Origin: Octopus bimaculoides
Lineage: Eukaryota
Assembly (NCBI RefSeq): GCF_001194135.2
Contig: NC_068999.1
Span: 32,309,634-32,360,188 of the forward strand
Reading direction: 5' to 3'
DNA length: 50,555 nt
The notes beneath the pieces were generated by a model. It was not told where the DNA came from and did not search any database. It saw only the letters and a program-made list of their open reading frames with translations. The first letter of the stretch is position 1; every line of letters starts with the position of its first letter. Below, in pieces: positions 23,528-36,645 of the stretch. The position numbers and the translations under genes are program-made.

Positions 23528-25140
23528 TTCTTTTATTTGCCACAGGAGTATCAGATGAGGGTTTTTATATAAGAAAGATGAGAGGAAAGAATAGGAGAGG
23601 AAGAGGAGAGGAAATTAAAGTATTCATAGTATACAAAATAAGTGAACACATGGATTATTCAGTCCTCCTGACACAGGAGAGCTACCAACTAGTGTGAATC
23701 AATAAACCCCACAGATCCAAGACCTTTCCCAAATGTCCTTCTCCAATCTGCAGGTACATGCTTAGGGTAGTTCCATTCATCCTAACCCTTTTCTTCCACA
23801 ATCACAAACCTGAATAGGTCAATGAGGGTTTGACCAAAGAAGGAGAAATCTATATTCAATCATTTCAACTTCATCCTTTACAATAACCACTTTTGTCACT
23901 GCCACCTGACAGAGGAATACCCCTTAAGCTGATTTATTAAGGGTGGGCAGTGAAATGATCTTCAAGATGGATTCAGCTGAAGGCCAGATTCATCCTACTC
24001 TTGACAACTGCTGTTTGCCATAACTCAGTAGGTCAGCAATGCTTGGATATAGTGTGAATACCTGCAGTATAGTTTTATCATTGCATATGCATCTTGGTAG
24101 CCCTACTTGGTAGCACTTTCATGCTTATAGAGTTTATCTTGAACCAGTAGTATCCTTTAGCAACTCAGCCAGACAAAGGATTTCTGGAAATTATCCATAT
24201 TAGTATCAGCCTAAGAGTTCTCCAAATAATGCCAAGACTATCCCAAGAACATAATCACACTTACCCACTACTAATTCTCAATGTAGTGCTAAAGTGGAAC
24301 TTCCACTGACAGTATTGCCAGACTAGTAGAGATCTGATGACATTCCAGGTATTAGTTACCCAATCTTGATCTTTTTTTTAACCCAGGACTGCTGTTCAAT
24401 CAAACAAATAAGCTGCAAATAAACATATCTAACAAATGGAGACTACATCTGATCACTGTTCAGAAATATCTACAGGTAATGCAATTTCAGTGCATGTCTG
24501 CCTGCACATCAGTAACCCTGGAATACAGAGACCAGCTTACAGAAAGTGCTGAAAACAGATGGACCTCCCAGCTAGTAGAGTGCATTTCTTTCACAGGAAG
24601 TGAACAAGTAGATGCTCCAATCTATCCTAACAGGGACCTGAGACATGACACAATAGTCGGGCAATAAGTCATAATCACAGTGATGTAATTATTCACCACC
24701 TCTGCTTAACCTATCAGTGATAGCTTCTTCTCAGCCCATTTCTGAATGAGGCAGGCCATCTCACTCACCTCATCCTAGTTCCTATCCACCTTAAGGTCAG
24801 GACCAAATAAAACCAAAAGAGGTTTAATTGGTCTGTCTGTCCAACAACTTGCTATGTTGTTTGATGGCATAACATTGCTTTCCAGGTGCCAAGCCACAAG
24901 CCCACCAACTTGTCCAGATTTATCTTTGCTTCTGTAAATATCTCATATTCCTTTAGAATGGTCCTGACTACCTCCACTTCCTTGGTGCCCAATACCATTA
25001 TGGTGTGGTTATTCACAAACACCAGCACATATCTTTTGCACCCCAGTTCAAAAGGGATATCTTCCCTCCCACCTTAGAAGTGACAGTTTCTGCTGTACAT
25101 AAAGACAAGAGAAGGCATAGCATTCACTTTGGCCACCAAG
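23528..25140 (-). mobile_element. Tx1/L1-clade LINE ORF2 3' portion (decayed), ending at a (CAT)n tail
   Basis: LKEYEIFTEAKINLDKLVGLWLGTWK, WTDRPIKPLLVLFGPDL, KWAEKKLSLIG*AEVVNNYI match Tx1-type post-YADD motifs; aataaa precedes the tail. Confidence 0.8.
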
Positions 25141-25479
25141 CTTGAACCATGACAACAGAAATGAGAGATGTTTTAGTCATATTATTAGATGAATTTCATT
25201 TACAGCTTTCAAATTTCAAATTATCCATGAATTTTCCCAATATTTTTGAGGCTTAGATCTTCATTATTTTTCTGTATCTGATGAAATGGTGGCTTGAGAA
25301 ATAACAGATTATAAATTATCATTTCTTTTTATTGTTTTCGTTAATGATATTATTTCACCGATTTGATAGAAATTAGCCTGAGCTTTTTTTCTTCTTACAT
25401 ATTTTGCCATATATAACCACACCCCTCAACAAACACAAGACTTGAGGAAGTCTCCAATGCTTCCAGTGCAAGCAATGGA

Positions 25480-26420
25480 CACACAAGTGGTGCAATGGAA
25501 GAATAGTGTTTGTATGTGGAAGATGTATGAGGGCTATAAAGACCACAGATACATGGGAAACTGATTTCCTTAAATATCTCAGTGGCTCTCTGGAAGTTGT
25601 AGATAATTTTTGTTACTTTGGTGACCTAACTAGCAGTGGAGAAGGTTCTACAGAAAATGTAATTGCTAGAATGAGAATAGGATGGAGAAAGTTCAGAGAG
25701 CTTTTACCTCTTTGACAACCAAAGATCTCTTTCTCTCTCTCTGAGTGAAGGGAAGATTGTATGATGCATATGTACAAACTGTGATGTTGCATGGTAGTAA
25801 GATGTGGACTTTGAATGTGGAGGACATATGAAGGCTGGAGAGGAATGAAGCTGGTATGCTTCACTGGATGTGCAATGTCAGTGTGCTGTGCAACAGAGTA
25901 TTGGTGTATTGTGAGAGAAGTTGGTCATTGGAGGAATTAAAAGCAGTGTGCAAGAGAGATTACATTAGTTTGGTCATGTGATGCAGATGGATGAGGACAG
26001 TTGCATAAAGAAGTGCCAAATGCTTAAAGAGGAGGAAAGTTGTGGAAGAGGGAGATCCAGAAAGACATAGGACAAAGTATTGAAGGTCAATCTCAAAATG
26101 CTGAGCCTTACAAAGGAGATGACAAAGGACCGAGCTATATGCCACATTGCTGTACTCAAGAAGACTTGCCCACCACACCAGAATTGATATCCTAAAACCA
26201 ATGTGCTACATAAAAAGCATTGCTGTGCCACGTAAAAGGTGCCATGTAAAAAGCACCCAGTACACTTTGTAAAGTGGTTGACATTAGGAAGGGCATCCAG
26301 CCATAGAAACCAAGCCAAAATAGACTATGAAACCAGGTACAGCCCCTGACCTTGCCAATTCCTGTTAAGCCATCTACCCCATGTCAGCATGGAAAACAGA
26401 CATTAAATGATGATGATGAT
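25480..26420 (+). mobile_element. RTE LINE 3' ~0.9 kb (RT C-terminus plus 3' UTR, (GAT)n tail)
   Basis: SLEVVDNFCYFGDL...ARMRIGWRKFRELLPL; tail ...gcatggaaaacagacattaaatgatgatgatg. Confidence 0.9.
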
Positions 26421-26779
26421 TTAGAAGTTGCCAGGTTTATTTCATAAAGTTACATTGGTCAAATATCCATCCAATTCTGAAAAAGCTTCACTATGCATCT
26501 ACAAAACTTAGAACTAAAAAACTTCACTTCACAGACATACACATCACATATAAAAAAGATATTAGCATTCCTATATACACACATATAGAATATATGAACA
26601 TATACTTACATACACATATGTGTGTATATGTATGTATGTATGTATGTGTATATATATATATATATATATATNNNNNNNNNNNNNNNNNNNNNNNNNNNNN
26701 NNNNNNNNNNNNNNNNNNNNNNNNNNNNNNNNNNNNNNNNNNNNNNNNNNNNNNNNNNNNNNNNTATATGTACTTACAA

Positions 26780-26858
26780 GCCTGGTGTTGCCATCCGGTT
26801 TCACCAGTCCTCAGTCAAATCGTCCAACCCATGCTAGCATGGAAAGCGGACGTTAAAC

Positions 26859-26897
<39 letters not shown>
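26780..26897 (+). mobile_element. Young RTE 3' terminus with (GAT)n tail
   Basis: ccagtcctcagtcaaatcgtccaacccatgctagcatggaaagcggacgttaaacgatgatg; CpGs retained. Confidence 0.85.
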
Positions 26898-26944
<47 letters not shown>

Positions 26945-27169
26945 TACATACATGTTTGTGTATGTATATGTGTAAGTACATATGTATTTGCTTTGATAGA
27001 TAAATGTGCGTTCACACACAAACACACATAATAAATTACATTTGTTATATTTACCATTTCCTTTGAGTTTCTTCGTGGATTCACAGACATGATTTTGAAG
27101 AATGAATTGTTTATTTATGTATTTAAAGCAATTCCTTAATGGATGAATTGTTAACCAGGAAACTTATTC

Positions 27170-27920
27170 ATATAGTAAATCATGTCGTAGCTTATGATGT
27201 CATTGTCTGATGTTGTAATGTATCATACCAAAACATAAGATGCTATTATATAAAATGCCATTGTGCATGATGTCATAGTATTATCATATCATACAATCTG
27301 ATGTCATTGGTATAATGCTATGATGTCACAATATTATTTTACCATAGCATCTGATGTCATTATTTAAAATATATGACATCTGCTGTCGTTCTATATGACA
27401 TCATTGTATATCATGTTAAAGGATATGATGTCATAGTGCATATGATACCATAGTGTATGATGAGATAGTTATATGATGGCATATTTTATGATGTCATTTT
27501 GAATGATATCATAGTGTATGATGTCATTGTGTATAATGTCACAATGTATTGTAGCACAGCATATGGTACCAAAGTGTATGCCGTAAGAGTTTGATTTGTT
27601 TATACACAATGTCATGATATATCTTGTCACAATATATGATGTTAAAATGTATGATCTCAGGATTTTTGATGTCATGGCATATGTCATCACATGCAGTATC
27701 ATAGTGTGTCATTTAATAGTGCAAGATGACATTATGCCATACAACACTGCACAATGCCATAGTATATGATTATCATTGCCTATGATGTCATAGTGTATGA
27801 TGTTATAATTGAGGATACAACAGCATGTAGTATAGTGTATAATGTAATATGATATAGTATGATAGCATGATATCCTATGATATGTTATAGCATATGGCAT
27901 AATGATATATAATATCACTG
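27170..27920. repeat. Degenerate ~15-bp-unit tandem array (atgatgtcatagtgt); remnant also at 28730-28860
   Basis: Recurring gatgtcat / tatgat / atagtgt motifs. Confidence 0.7.
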
Positions 27921-28375
27921 CGTATGATGCCACAGTGAATGATGGCAAGGTACATATGATACCATAGTGAATGATTACAAGATAAATTTGATATCATTGT
28001 GGATGATACCAAGGTACATATGATGTCATTGTAAATGATGGCAAGGTACATATGATGTTATAGTGAATGATGACATGGTTCATATGATATCATGGTGAAT
28101 GATGGTAAGGAACATATGATGTCATAATGAATGATGGTAAGACACATACAATGTCATAATGAATGATAGCATGGCACATATGATATCATAGTGAAGCGAG
28201 CAAGGTACATAAGATATCACAGTGAATGATGGCAAGGTACATACAACGCTATAGTGAATGATGGCAAAGTACATATGATGCCATAGTGAATGATGACAAG
28301 GTAGATATAATGTCATAGTGAATAATAGCAAGGTGTATATAGTGGCATTGCGAATGATGGTAAGGTACATATGAT
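27921..28375. repeat. 32-bp minisatellite, ~14 copies
   Basis: Consensus catatgatgccatagtgaatgatggcaaggta. Confidence 0.9.
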
Positions 28376-28941
28376 GCTATATAAATGCAGGATTGCTATT
28401 TCTTACAATTTCTAGATTTAGGCAAATTGTTCATATTTCTTATTCATTAGTTTGAGAAGGAAGAGAAGAACTTTTCCTATCTGTTAAACTTTTTTTTTCC
28501 TCTCAGAAATAAGGATGCAGATGGTAGTGTGGGATAAGTATAGCTACTATTCAGTTTGAATTATTGAAAATTAATGATTTGGGAGAAAATAAGGATAGTG
28601 AAAAATGTCCACTGGACTCAACATTTGGGAAAGAATGATTAGAAGAGGTCTGTGGTTTTGGAGAACAATAGAAGGAAGATGAGGAGTTGAGTGTGAGGAA
28701 TAGTACTGAGTCAGTGAAGCAGAGTATATCCTCCTATGATATCATACACGATGACATCATTGATCAGGAAGTCATAAACTATGATAGTTTATAGTGTCAT
28801 GTTCTATAACATCATACATGATAACATAATACAATAGGATGTCACATTAGATGTCAATGGAAGAAACAGAGAGGTCACAGTTGGAAGTTCAGTGATTAAT
28901 TATAATGTATTGATATAAAGAATTATCTGTTAGAATAATGT

Positions 28942-29136
28942 TTAATCCTTTAGCATTTGAACCAGTCATAACTGACCCAAATATTCTACCTGATTTATGT
29001 TCAAACTGGCCAGATCTGACCTGTCAAACCTACCCAGCAATGTCATTCTAAAAATAAGCATTCACATCATGAAAATCTCAAAGCAACAAGATAATGCAGG
29101 ATTAATTTAAACCAATGTGAATAAATAAACATTACT
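28942..29136 (+). mobile_element. piggyBac-like MITE family 2, 3'-truncated
   Basis: Begins TTAA-tcctttagcatt; homologous to 8222-8443. Confidence 0.7.
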
Positions 29137-29183
<47 letters not shown>

Positions 29184-29218
29184 ATGCGCACGTTTGTGTG
29201 TATGTATCTGGATGTATT

Positions 29219-29560
29219 ATCATCATCATCATCAACATTTAACGTCCATTTTCCATGCTGGCATGGGTTGGATGGCTTGACAAATTTCCCAGCTTATTTT
29301 TGGCTTGGTTTCTATGGCTGGATGCCCTTCCTAATGCCAACCACTCCACAGAGTATACTGGATGCGCTTTACATGTCACCAGCACCAGTGCTTTTTACAT
29401 GGCACCAGCACCAGTGCTTTTTACATGGCACCAGCACCAGTGCTTTTTACATGGCACCAGCACCAGTGCTTTTTACATGGCACCACCACCCACACTAATG
29501 TTTTTTATGTAGCACTTTGGTTTTAGGATCTCGATGTGGTCGGTGGATCTTCTTAAGTCT
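29219..29560 (-). mobile_element. RTE 3' UTR fragment with four perfect 26-bp repeats (29381-29484)
   Basis: (CAT)n-tttaacgtccattttccatgctggcatgggttgg; unit agcaccagtgctttttacatggcacc x4. Confidence 0.9.
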
Positions 29561-29789
29561 CAATTCTGTTATGGTGGGCAGATCTCCTTGAGACCCATAT
29601 ATGTGCATACATATAAAAAATCATAGCTGTCATTTGCTAGCAAGTATGAATTAGTAGTATCTACTATACTTTCAGTAATTACTTTTGGTACCTGTTTAGC
29701 TATGAGCAGACATGGTCTCCTACTTGATCCCCTCACTATCACCACCATCCTCAATCCAAAGAAATGTCTTGAATGTGAGAACTAGAGGG

Positions 29790-29952
29790 AGAGAGGACTG
29801 CACCAGCACTAAAATGGTATTCATTTTCAGCTAAATAGTCTGGAGCAACATGAAATGAAATGTCTTAGCCACAACAGGTTGCTAGGTCCAGGACTCAAAC
29901 TCACAACCTTATAATCATGAGCCCAACATCCTAGCCACTAGGCCACCCCTGC
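29790..29952 (-). mobile_element. SINE family C (tRNA head plus shared central domain)
   Basis: Minus: tggcctagtggctaggatgttgggctcatgattataaggttgtgagtttgagtcc...aagacatttcatttcatgttgctccag. Confidence 0.75.
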
Positions 29953-30473
29953 ACACAAAACACACACACACACACACACATTATGCACAACACAGTCCAG
30001 ATCAGAATAACTGATATATATTTAAATATTACAGAGATTTACTGTGTTAAATAATAATGTAAACCCATTCTGTCTGTGCTTCTGATGTACAGACAAAAAA
30101 AGGGGAAGGAGTCTCCTGATGGACTATTTCACAGTTTGTTGATAACTTCTCAGAGAAGACACTATCAGCTTCCTTTTCCAATAAATAGCAAAAACAGCTG
30201 TTCTATAAAGCAGTCATGAATTAGACTCGCTCCGTGGTGGATAGCCTAATCAGCACATTTTATGATTTTAAAGATTTGTCATTAAATAAACAAAATATGA
30301 TGCTGTTGAATTAATGGTGAGTTTTATATGATCTCTACAGTAGGTTGGAGGAGGAAGCTGCGTGTGTCTCTTCTGAGGAGAATTCAACAAACTATAACAC
30401 AGGCCTTCGAGAAGTTCCTTGTGTCTACATTCTTATTTCAGCTACAGTAAAGCATTGTAGCAAATGTGTATAC

Positions 30474-30518
<45 letters not shown>

Positions 30519-31127
30519 CACTACCTAACCCCTCTGTCTCTCTCTATACACACACACATGCACATACATACAAATGCACATGTATGTAAATGTATGCATG
30601 TGCCTGTGTTTACATTTGTTGATATTATGTATGCATTTTGTCCTGATTACACACTTTCAGGAATCTTGGTAAACATTTAAAGTGTATAATGAGAAAAAGA
30701 CATTTCAATTTATCAAGCAGCTTTACCATTTCCTTCAATTCCTCAGAGTAAAACCTGAACTGAAATTATTGATGAAATAATGGAATAAATAGAAGACAAA
30801 TTGGGAGAAATAAAGAAGAACAATCTGATCAACAACTGTATTAGCATGACAAGGAATATAAGCATCAGATTGCCATTTTATTCACCATCTCAATTATCTT
30901 TAACAACGAATCTATAAAACAGTAAAATTGTTGGTATATTCCAGATATTCCTGTTGAGAAAAATACACATTGTGCATAAAGATTGTTTCCTGTACCTGGT
31001 TACAGCATTAATTTATTAAAGATGTTTAGCTGTTCATATCTTTAGTTGTTTCACATTACTCTGAAATCATTGTACAGTTACCAAATTCATACCCCTCTTT
31101 CTGTTTCTGTTAACATTTTTTAAATGG

Positions 31128-31575
31128 CCTCAAAGGCTGGCAGCATTGTTAGCACACAAAACAAAATACTTAGTGATATTTTGTCCATCTTTAAGTTCTG
31201 AGTTCAAATTCTGCCAACGTCAACTTTGTTTTTTATCCTTTTGGGGTCAATAACATAAGTACCAGCGGAGCACTGGGGCTGATGTAATCAACTTACTCCA
31301 CTCCCCTAGAAATTGCTGGCCTTGTGCCAAAATTTGAAATCATTGTCAAAATGGCCTCAAAAGTGTTAATGTAGCAGAATTGCTACCATGCTGGACAAAA
31401 TGCTATGTGGCGTTTTTTTCCAGATTTAAGTTCTGAGTTCAAATTCCATCAACCCTGACTTTACCTTTCATCCTCTAAGAGCCAATAGAATAAGTACCAG
31501 TTGAGCATTGGAGTCTCTGTAATCAGCTCACCCCTCCCTACAAAATTTCAGATCTTGTGCCTGTTGTAGAAAGAA
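31128..31575 (+). mobile_element. Two head-to-tail SINE family B copies (31128-31345, 31365-31575)
   Basis: gttctgagttcaaattc...cctttcatcc...taagtaccag...gagca.tgg...aaattgctggccttgtgcc. Confidence 0.85.
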
Positions 31576-31677
31576 TTCATCCACTGGTACAGATGATTAT
31601 TTTGTCTGCCAATACAGCCAGTGCTTAATGAACACATGATGTCAATATGAAATGATATCTCTGGATGTTAATAGCAG

Positions 31678-31965
31678 TGAAAGCACATGGCTTAGTGGAT
31701 AAGGTATTTAGCACACAATCATAAGGTCATGAGTTCAATCCCTGACAGTATATTGAACAAGACACTTTATTTCATGTTGCTCCAGTCCACTCAGCTGGCA
31801 AAAATGAGTTGTACCCGTATTTCAAAGGGCAAGCCTTGTCCCATTCTGTGTCATACTGAATCTCCTTGAGAACTACATGAAGGTTACAGGAGTCTGTGGA
31901 GTGCACACTAATTTCACAAGCAGGCTGTTCTATTGATCAGATTAACAGAAACCCTCATCAACACA
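31678..31965 (+). mobile_element. SINE family C
   Basis: tggcttagtgg (A box), gagttcaatccc (B box), aacaagacactttatttcatgttgctccagtccactcagctg core. Confidence 0.8.
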
Positions 31966-32559
31966 ACCAATTATTCTAGATGCACTAATTATTATTAAAA
32001 TAATCTCTGTCCCCTGAAACTGATGACTTAATACCTTCCCTACCCAAATACACATCTTCCCCAACCTCCAGTGTGTCTTACATGTGACAGACAAGGAATA
32101 TTATCTGTGGCAGTCCAGTGATGATGTTTTGACAAAAGACCTAAAGACCTGATTACAATTTAAGAGGTCACTGGACTTTCAGACCATGCTATACACAATG
32201 GCATCACTTGTTTTTCATTGTATAAATTGTAATAATGGTAGAATACCTCTGTGTTAGTATTTATTCCATTAGTTCATGAATAATGTTGGCCCATGTTTTA
32301 CTCTGAGAAATTCAAGGAAATAGTAAAAGTGCTTGATAAATTGAAATTTTTTATTCTTATGTCACACTTTAAATGAAGTTTACTCAAAGAAAGTGTAATT
32401 AGAACAAAAAATGCATACATGCCATAAACACACACATACATATCATAAACACATACATAAACACCATAAGCACATACATACACACCATGAACACACACAT
32501 AGACACTGTAATTAGTGTTCTTTATGTATGTAGTAAAAACCAGTGAAAGGTGAAGTGGT

Positions 32560-32940
32560 AGAAGGGTATGTATTGAATGTAGAAATGAATGCGGAAATGC
32601 ATCACTTGGCCTTTGTTAAGTGATGCACTTGTTATTGGTGTGATTAAGTGAAGACAGTAATTGGTGCAAGGATTTAAAGATGACTAAACACTCTGTCACT
32701 GCACCAGGAGCATCAGTGGGGGTGTAGTGTGAGACATCACTGATTATTTTTCAAGAAAGAGGCAAACAGAGAGAGATAAATACAACTAGTTGAGGGAGTT
32801 TGCACAATAGTACGGGTAAAAGAGTAACTTAGATTGATTTTCGAAAGTAGACAATCCAGTGGATTGTTTATGAGTGGAGAAATAGAGAATTTGAGTCTGA
32901 GTAACTGAAAATCTTTATTATAGACATCCAAGTGTGAGAG
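32560..32940 (-). mobile_element. Heavily decayed CR1-like RT fragment
   Basis: Weak resemblance to the GVPQGSVLAP region; many stops. Confidence 0.3.
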
Positions 32941-33149
32941 GTGATAGGGAGAGAAAGAGAAAGAGAGAGAGTGATGTCTATAAAAACAGTCAGAATATAG
33001 AGGTGTAGCATGGACAGCATAAATAGGCTAAAGAACCATTAGAAAGTAGAACAAAATATCTGGCAGTATATAGTTTTGAACTTTTATATTCTGAGTTCAC
33101 ATTCCTTCAAGGTCAATTCTGTCATTCATCCTTCATCATGATCATCAAC

Positions 33150-33412
33150 CTCTGGGCAATACTATTTCAAATCCTTAGACTCACAGGATGGGTTATCTGG
33201 TTTCCTTGTTGTATAAGTGAGTGAGATCTCAACATCACTCCAGAACAGAATGCCAGTCTATTGCAGAGTTATTCGTTAACAGCTGAGTGAATTGGAGCAA
33301 TGTAAAATAAAGTATTCTGCACAAAAATACAATGCATTACCTGGTCCAGGAATCGAAACTAAGATATTGTGATCAAGTGTGCAACACCCCAACCACTTTG
33401 CCATGCACCTTC
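33150..33412 (-). mobile_element. SINE family C
   Basis: Minus: tgaaggtgcatggcaaagtggttgg...gtttcgattcctggacc...attttacattgctccaattcactcagctg. Confidence 0.75.
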
Positions 33413-34269
33413 ACTTTCATTCATCTTTCCTGAATCAATATTATAAAGTAGCACTCAGATACTAAATTCAATAGACTCAACTAATACTAGTGTCTTCCAA
33501 GACATCTTCAACTATGAAAATATGAAAATATGTGGCTAAGAATCCCAGCTAGATTTTTCCTGATCCTGGTTGTGCTTTAAGGAAGGAAGACAGTGTTAAC
33601 CTCAACAACCAAAGTATTATTAGCTAGAAGACAATGTTACACAATCTTATATTTAACAGGATACATGGTGTATTCAATGCAAAATTAACAGAAGTACAAA
33701 AGATTTGAGTCTGAAAGAGCAGATATAGGTGTGGTAAGGATCAAGGTTAGATCAAAGTCTATCCATGACTATGGATGAAGAGTTAGAGCTAGTCAACACT
33801 GGATTATCTATCTTTGAAAAGAAGTAGTAATTAATAGACTAGTGGTAGTTAATTATTTTTTTTCCCAACCCACATTGACTCTGTGGGATTTGAACTCAAA
33901 ATACTTAGAGACTGAATTTGAAGCTACCATCTGGACTAACTCTTCACCTTTTTTCTTTTACTTCTTTCATTCACTAGACTATGGCTATGCTGGGGCACCA
34001 CCTTGAAGAATATTTTTCAGACATAAAGTAACCAAGACTACATTATCAACTTTTAAAATTCAGAGAAATCTTTGAAACTGGTTAAGTCTTTAAAAAATTT
34101 TTAAATAGAAAATCTAAATGAATCCCAGTGCATTTTCAACTTATTTTTTTAACGTTTCTATCTATGTGGAATAAAATAATTTTGTTATATGTATTCATTT
34201 ATTTATTTATTTATTTATGTGTAGATGGATGGATGTATAAATAGATAGATAAATGGATGGTTGGATCGA

Positions 34270-34545
34270 TCGATCCTTGTTTGACACTCTTCCAATTGGA
34301 ACTGGTAGCAATAGCAGAACTATATTAGTGGTGCATCCAGAGTTTACTACCCTGAGTTGTTTGGTGTATTGCACCTCAACACCTTGCATTTCCAGAAATT
34401 TCAGCATCACATTCATATTGGCACTATCAAAAACTTTTGTAGTCAACAAAAGTGTTACACAGAGGAAGCTCGTACTCTTTCATGTTCCCCCTCAGCTGCT
34501 GGTCATTGAGATGTTTCATAAACAGCTTATTGAGCTGTCAAGAGG
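34270..34545 (-). mobile_element. RTE-clade RT core fragment
   Basis: MKEYELPLCNTFVDYK/FDSANMNVMLKFLEMQGV matches the EYxLPLCxxFxDYxKAFDS motif. Confidence 0.8.
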
Positions 34546-34749
34546 TATATGGTGGCAATAGTTTTTTTTTATTACCCTTCTAATGAAACAACATGGTATA
34601 TAACTCCTATCACAGTGTAGAATAAGAATTTTCCACAGTTCTTCACCCTCTCACCTTAACATCTCTGTTGTTATGCCATCTTTTCCAAGAGATTTGTCTG
34701 CTTTCATCAGCTTGAAGGCATTTTCAGTTTCACTGCACAAAATATATCA

Positions 34750-34980
34750 TCATTATCATCAGTGTTTTTACATCTACTTTCCCATACTTGCATGGGTCAG
34801 ACAGAATTAAATGAAGAAGATTCTTGACAACCTGATACCCTCTCCATCATTAGCCCTATTTCTAAGCAAAGTAAATATTTCCCCAGAGTCAAACATGTTC
34901 TTCACTGAAGACTGGAAACAAATTACCATTTGTACATCAGGGACACTCACTGACAACCACCATGTGATATCAGGACATTA
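34750..34980 (-). mobile_element. RTE-related 3' tail family (also 5915-5995)
   Basis: (CAT)n...ttccc/atacttgcatgggtcagacagaatt shared with 5960-6005. Confidence 0.55.
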
Positions 34981-35391
34981 CATGACTTGAACCATTCCAA
35001 GTCATAGGGAATGTTTTTGACTTTCAAAGTGAAGATATGTTCAGCAAGGAAAGTAGAGTTCCTTAGAGTATTTTAAGAAAATTAATGACAATCTGTGTAA
35101 TATCTTCCAGAATTTATAAGAATTGTGGGGTTTTAACAGTAAATTTATAAACTAAATTACTATGCTTGCAGTGACTATTGAGTGGACAATTTCCTTTCAC
35201 TCTAAAATTACATAAATTTTCATAGGATTTGACAAGGAAGAATTCCTAAAGACAGATTGAAAATTGCTAGTATTGATATTAGAAGATATTTTATTATCAC
35301 TAGCTTTTCTCATACTGGAATGAAGAATCATCTATACTGCATTTATCACTTTAATAATTTGTTGAACTGTTATCAAGATTGCTAATATTAT

Positions 35392-35820
35392 CAAGGCAGT
35401 GAGCTGGCAGAACTGTTAGCACTCCAAGCGAAATATTTAGTAGCATTTCATTTGTCTTTACATTCTGAGTTCAAATTCCACCTAGGACAACTTTGCCTTT
35501 CATCCTTTCAGAGTCAATAAAATGAGTACCAGTTGAGCATTGGGGTTGATGTAATTGACTTATTCCTTCCCCTAAAATTGCTGGCCTTGTGCCAAAATTT
35601 GAAACCAATTTTGTTAATATTATCATTATCATCTAAGGCAGCAAACTGGCAAAATCATTACTGTGCTGGAAAAAATGCATAACAGTATTTCTTCCGACTT
35701 CATGTTCTGAGTTCAAATGCCACTGAGGTCACCTTTATCTTGCATCCTTTCGGGGGTCGATGAAATAAGTACCAGTTGAACACTGGGGTTGCTGCAAACA
35801 ATTTACCCCCTCCCTCAAAA
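35392..35820 (+). mobile_element. Two head-to-tail SINE family B copies (35392-35610, 35634-35820)
   Basis: aaggcagtgagctggcagaa head, gagttcaaattcc B box, aaaatttgaaaccaatt tail. Confidence 0.9.
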
Positions 35821-36189
35821 TCACATATATCATTTTGTAAAACTCTTATCAATATTGTTAACATTATCATTTTTACAACAATCATTATTGTTACTATCAT
35901 CGACATCACTATCTAGATATGTACTGAAGCTAATGCCAAAGTGAACATAACTTTAAGTGACACAGTTGAGAAACTTTTCTTCTTTACAAAGGTACCATTC
36001 AGCACAATCTTCCACCATAAACAATTTATCTAAAACAAATTCTCAAATCCTCTTTGAAAAAATTCAGGTTTGCACTGTTGTACTCGCTTCTTCATTGCAG
36101 TCAATTTCAGCTTATCTCTGCTCTCAAATCATTGTCCCTGCAGATTTTCTTTCATTGGCCTAAACAACTGCTTAACTATTAGGTCGCAG

Positions 36190-36198
36190 TTATTATTA

Positions 36199-36247
<49 letters not shown>

Positions 36248-36411
36248 TCAGGTCACTGCCTGGAATCGAATTCGGAATCTTGGAGTTAGTAGCCCGTACG
36301 CTTAACCACTACGCCATTATGCCATATACCTGTGGGCATATGGCATAGTGGTTAAGAGCGTGGGCTACCCCAAGATTCTGAGTTCAATTCCAGGCAGTAA
36401 CCTGAATGATG

Positions 36412-36441
<30 letters not shown>
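36190..36441. mobile_element. Head-to-head inverted pair of tRNA-derived units with (TTA)n/(TAA)n tails
   Basis: Left arm (minus) TGGCGTAGTGGTTAAG...GAATTCGATTCCAGGCAGTGACCTGA; right arm TGGCATAGTGGTTAAG...GAGTTCAATTCCAGGCAGTAACCTGA; palindromic centre tatgccatat/atatggcata. Confidence 0.85.
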
Positions 36442-36443
<2 letters not shown>

Positions 36444-36522
36444 CTACATGAACTTCTAACTCTTGAGGTCTCTGGGTGAGACTTGGATCCAACTTGTACA
36501 AATGCAAAGCAAAAGTCAAACA
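36442..36522 (+). mobile_element. Short segment embedded in (TAA)n; possible 3' end of a TAA-targeting non-LTR element (R4/Dong-like)
   Basis: Unique 80 bp flanked by (TAA)n on both sides; the clade assignment is inference. Confidence 0.35.
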
Positions 36523-36525
36523 TAA

Positions 36526-36587
<62 letters not shown>

Positions 36588-36645
36588 TAATAACAACATT
36601 GAAAAATACCTTAGGAATGAGAACGCAGGTTCGAAATTTCCCCAA

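Noticed and set aside
25270-25310. CTGATGA...GAAA as a hammerhead
   Set aside because: No convincing helix II and no correctly placed NUH or helix I.
27921-29484. 32-bp and 26-bp arrays as CRISPR
   Set aside because: Units are contiguous with no unique spacers, in a eukaryotic context.
36248-36405. Functional tRNA genes
   Set aside because: No complete acceptor stem, arms are mutated and followed by (TAA)n; these are tRNA-derived heads.
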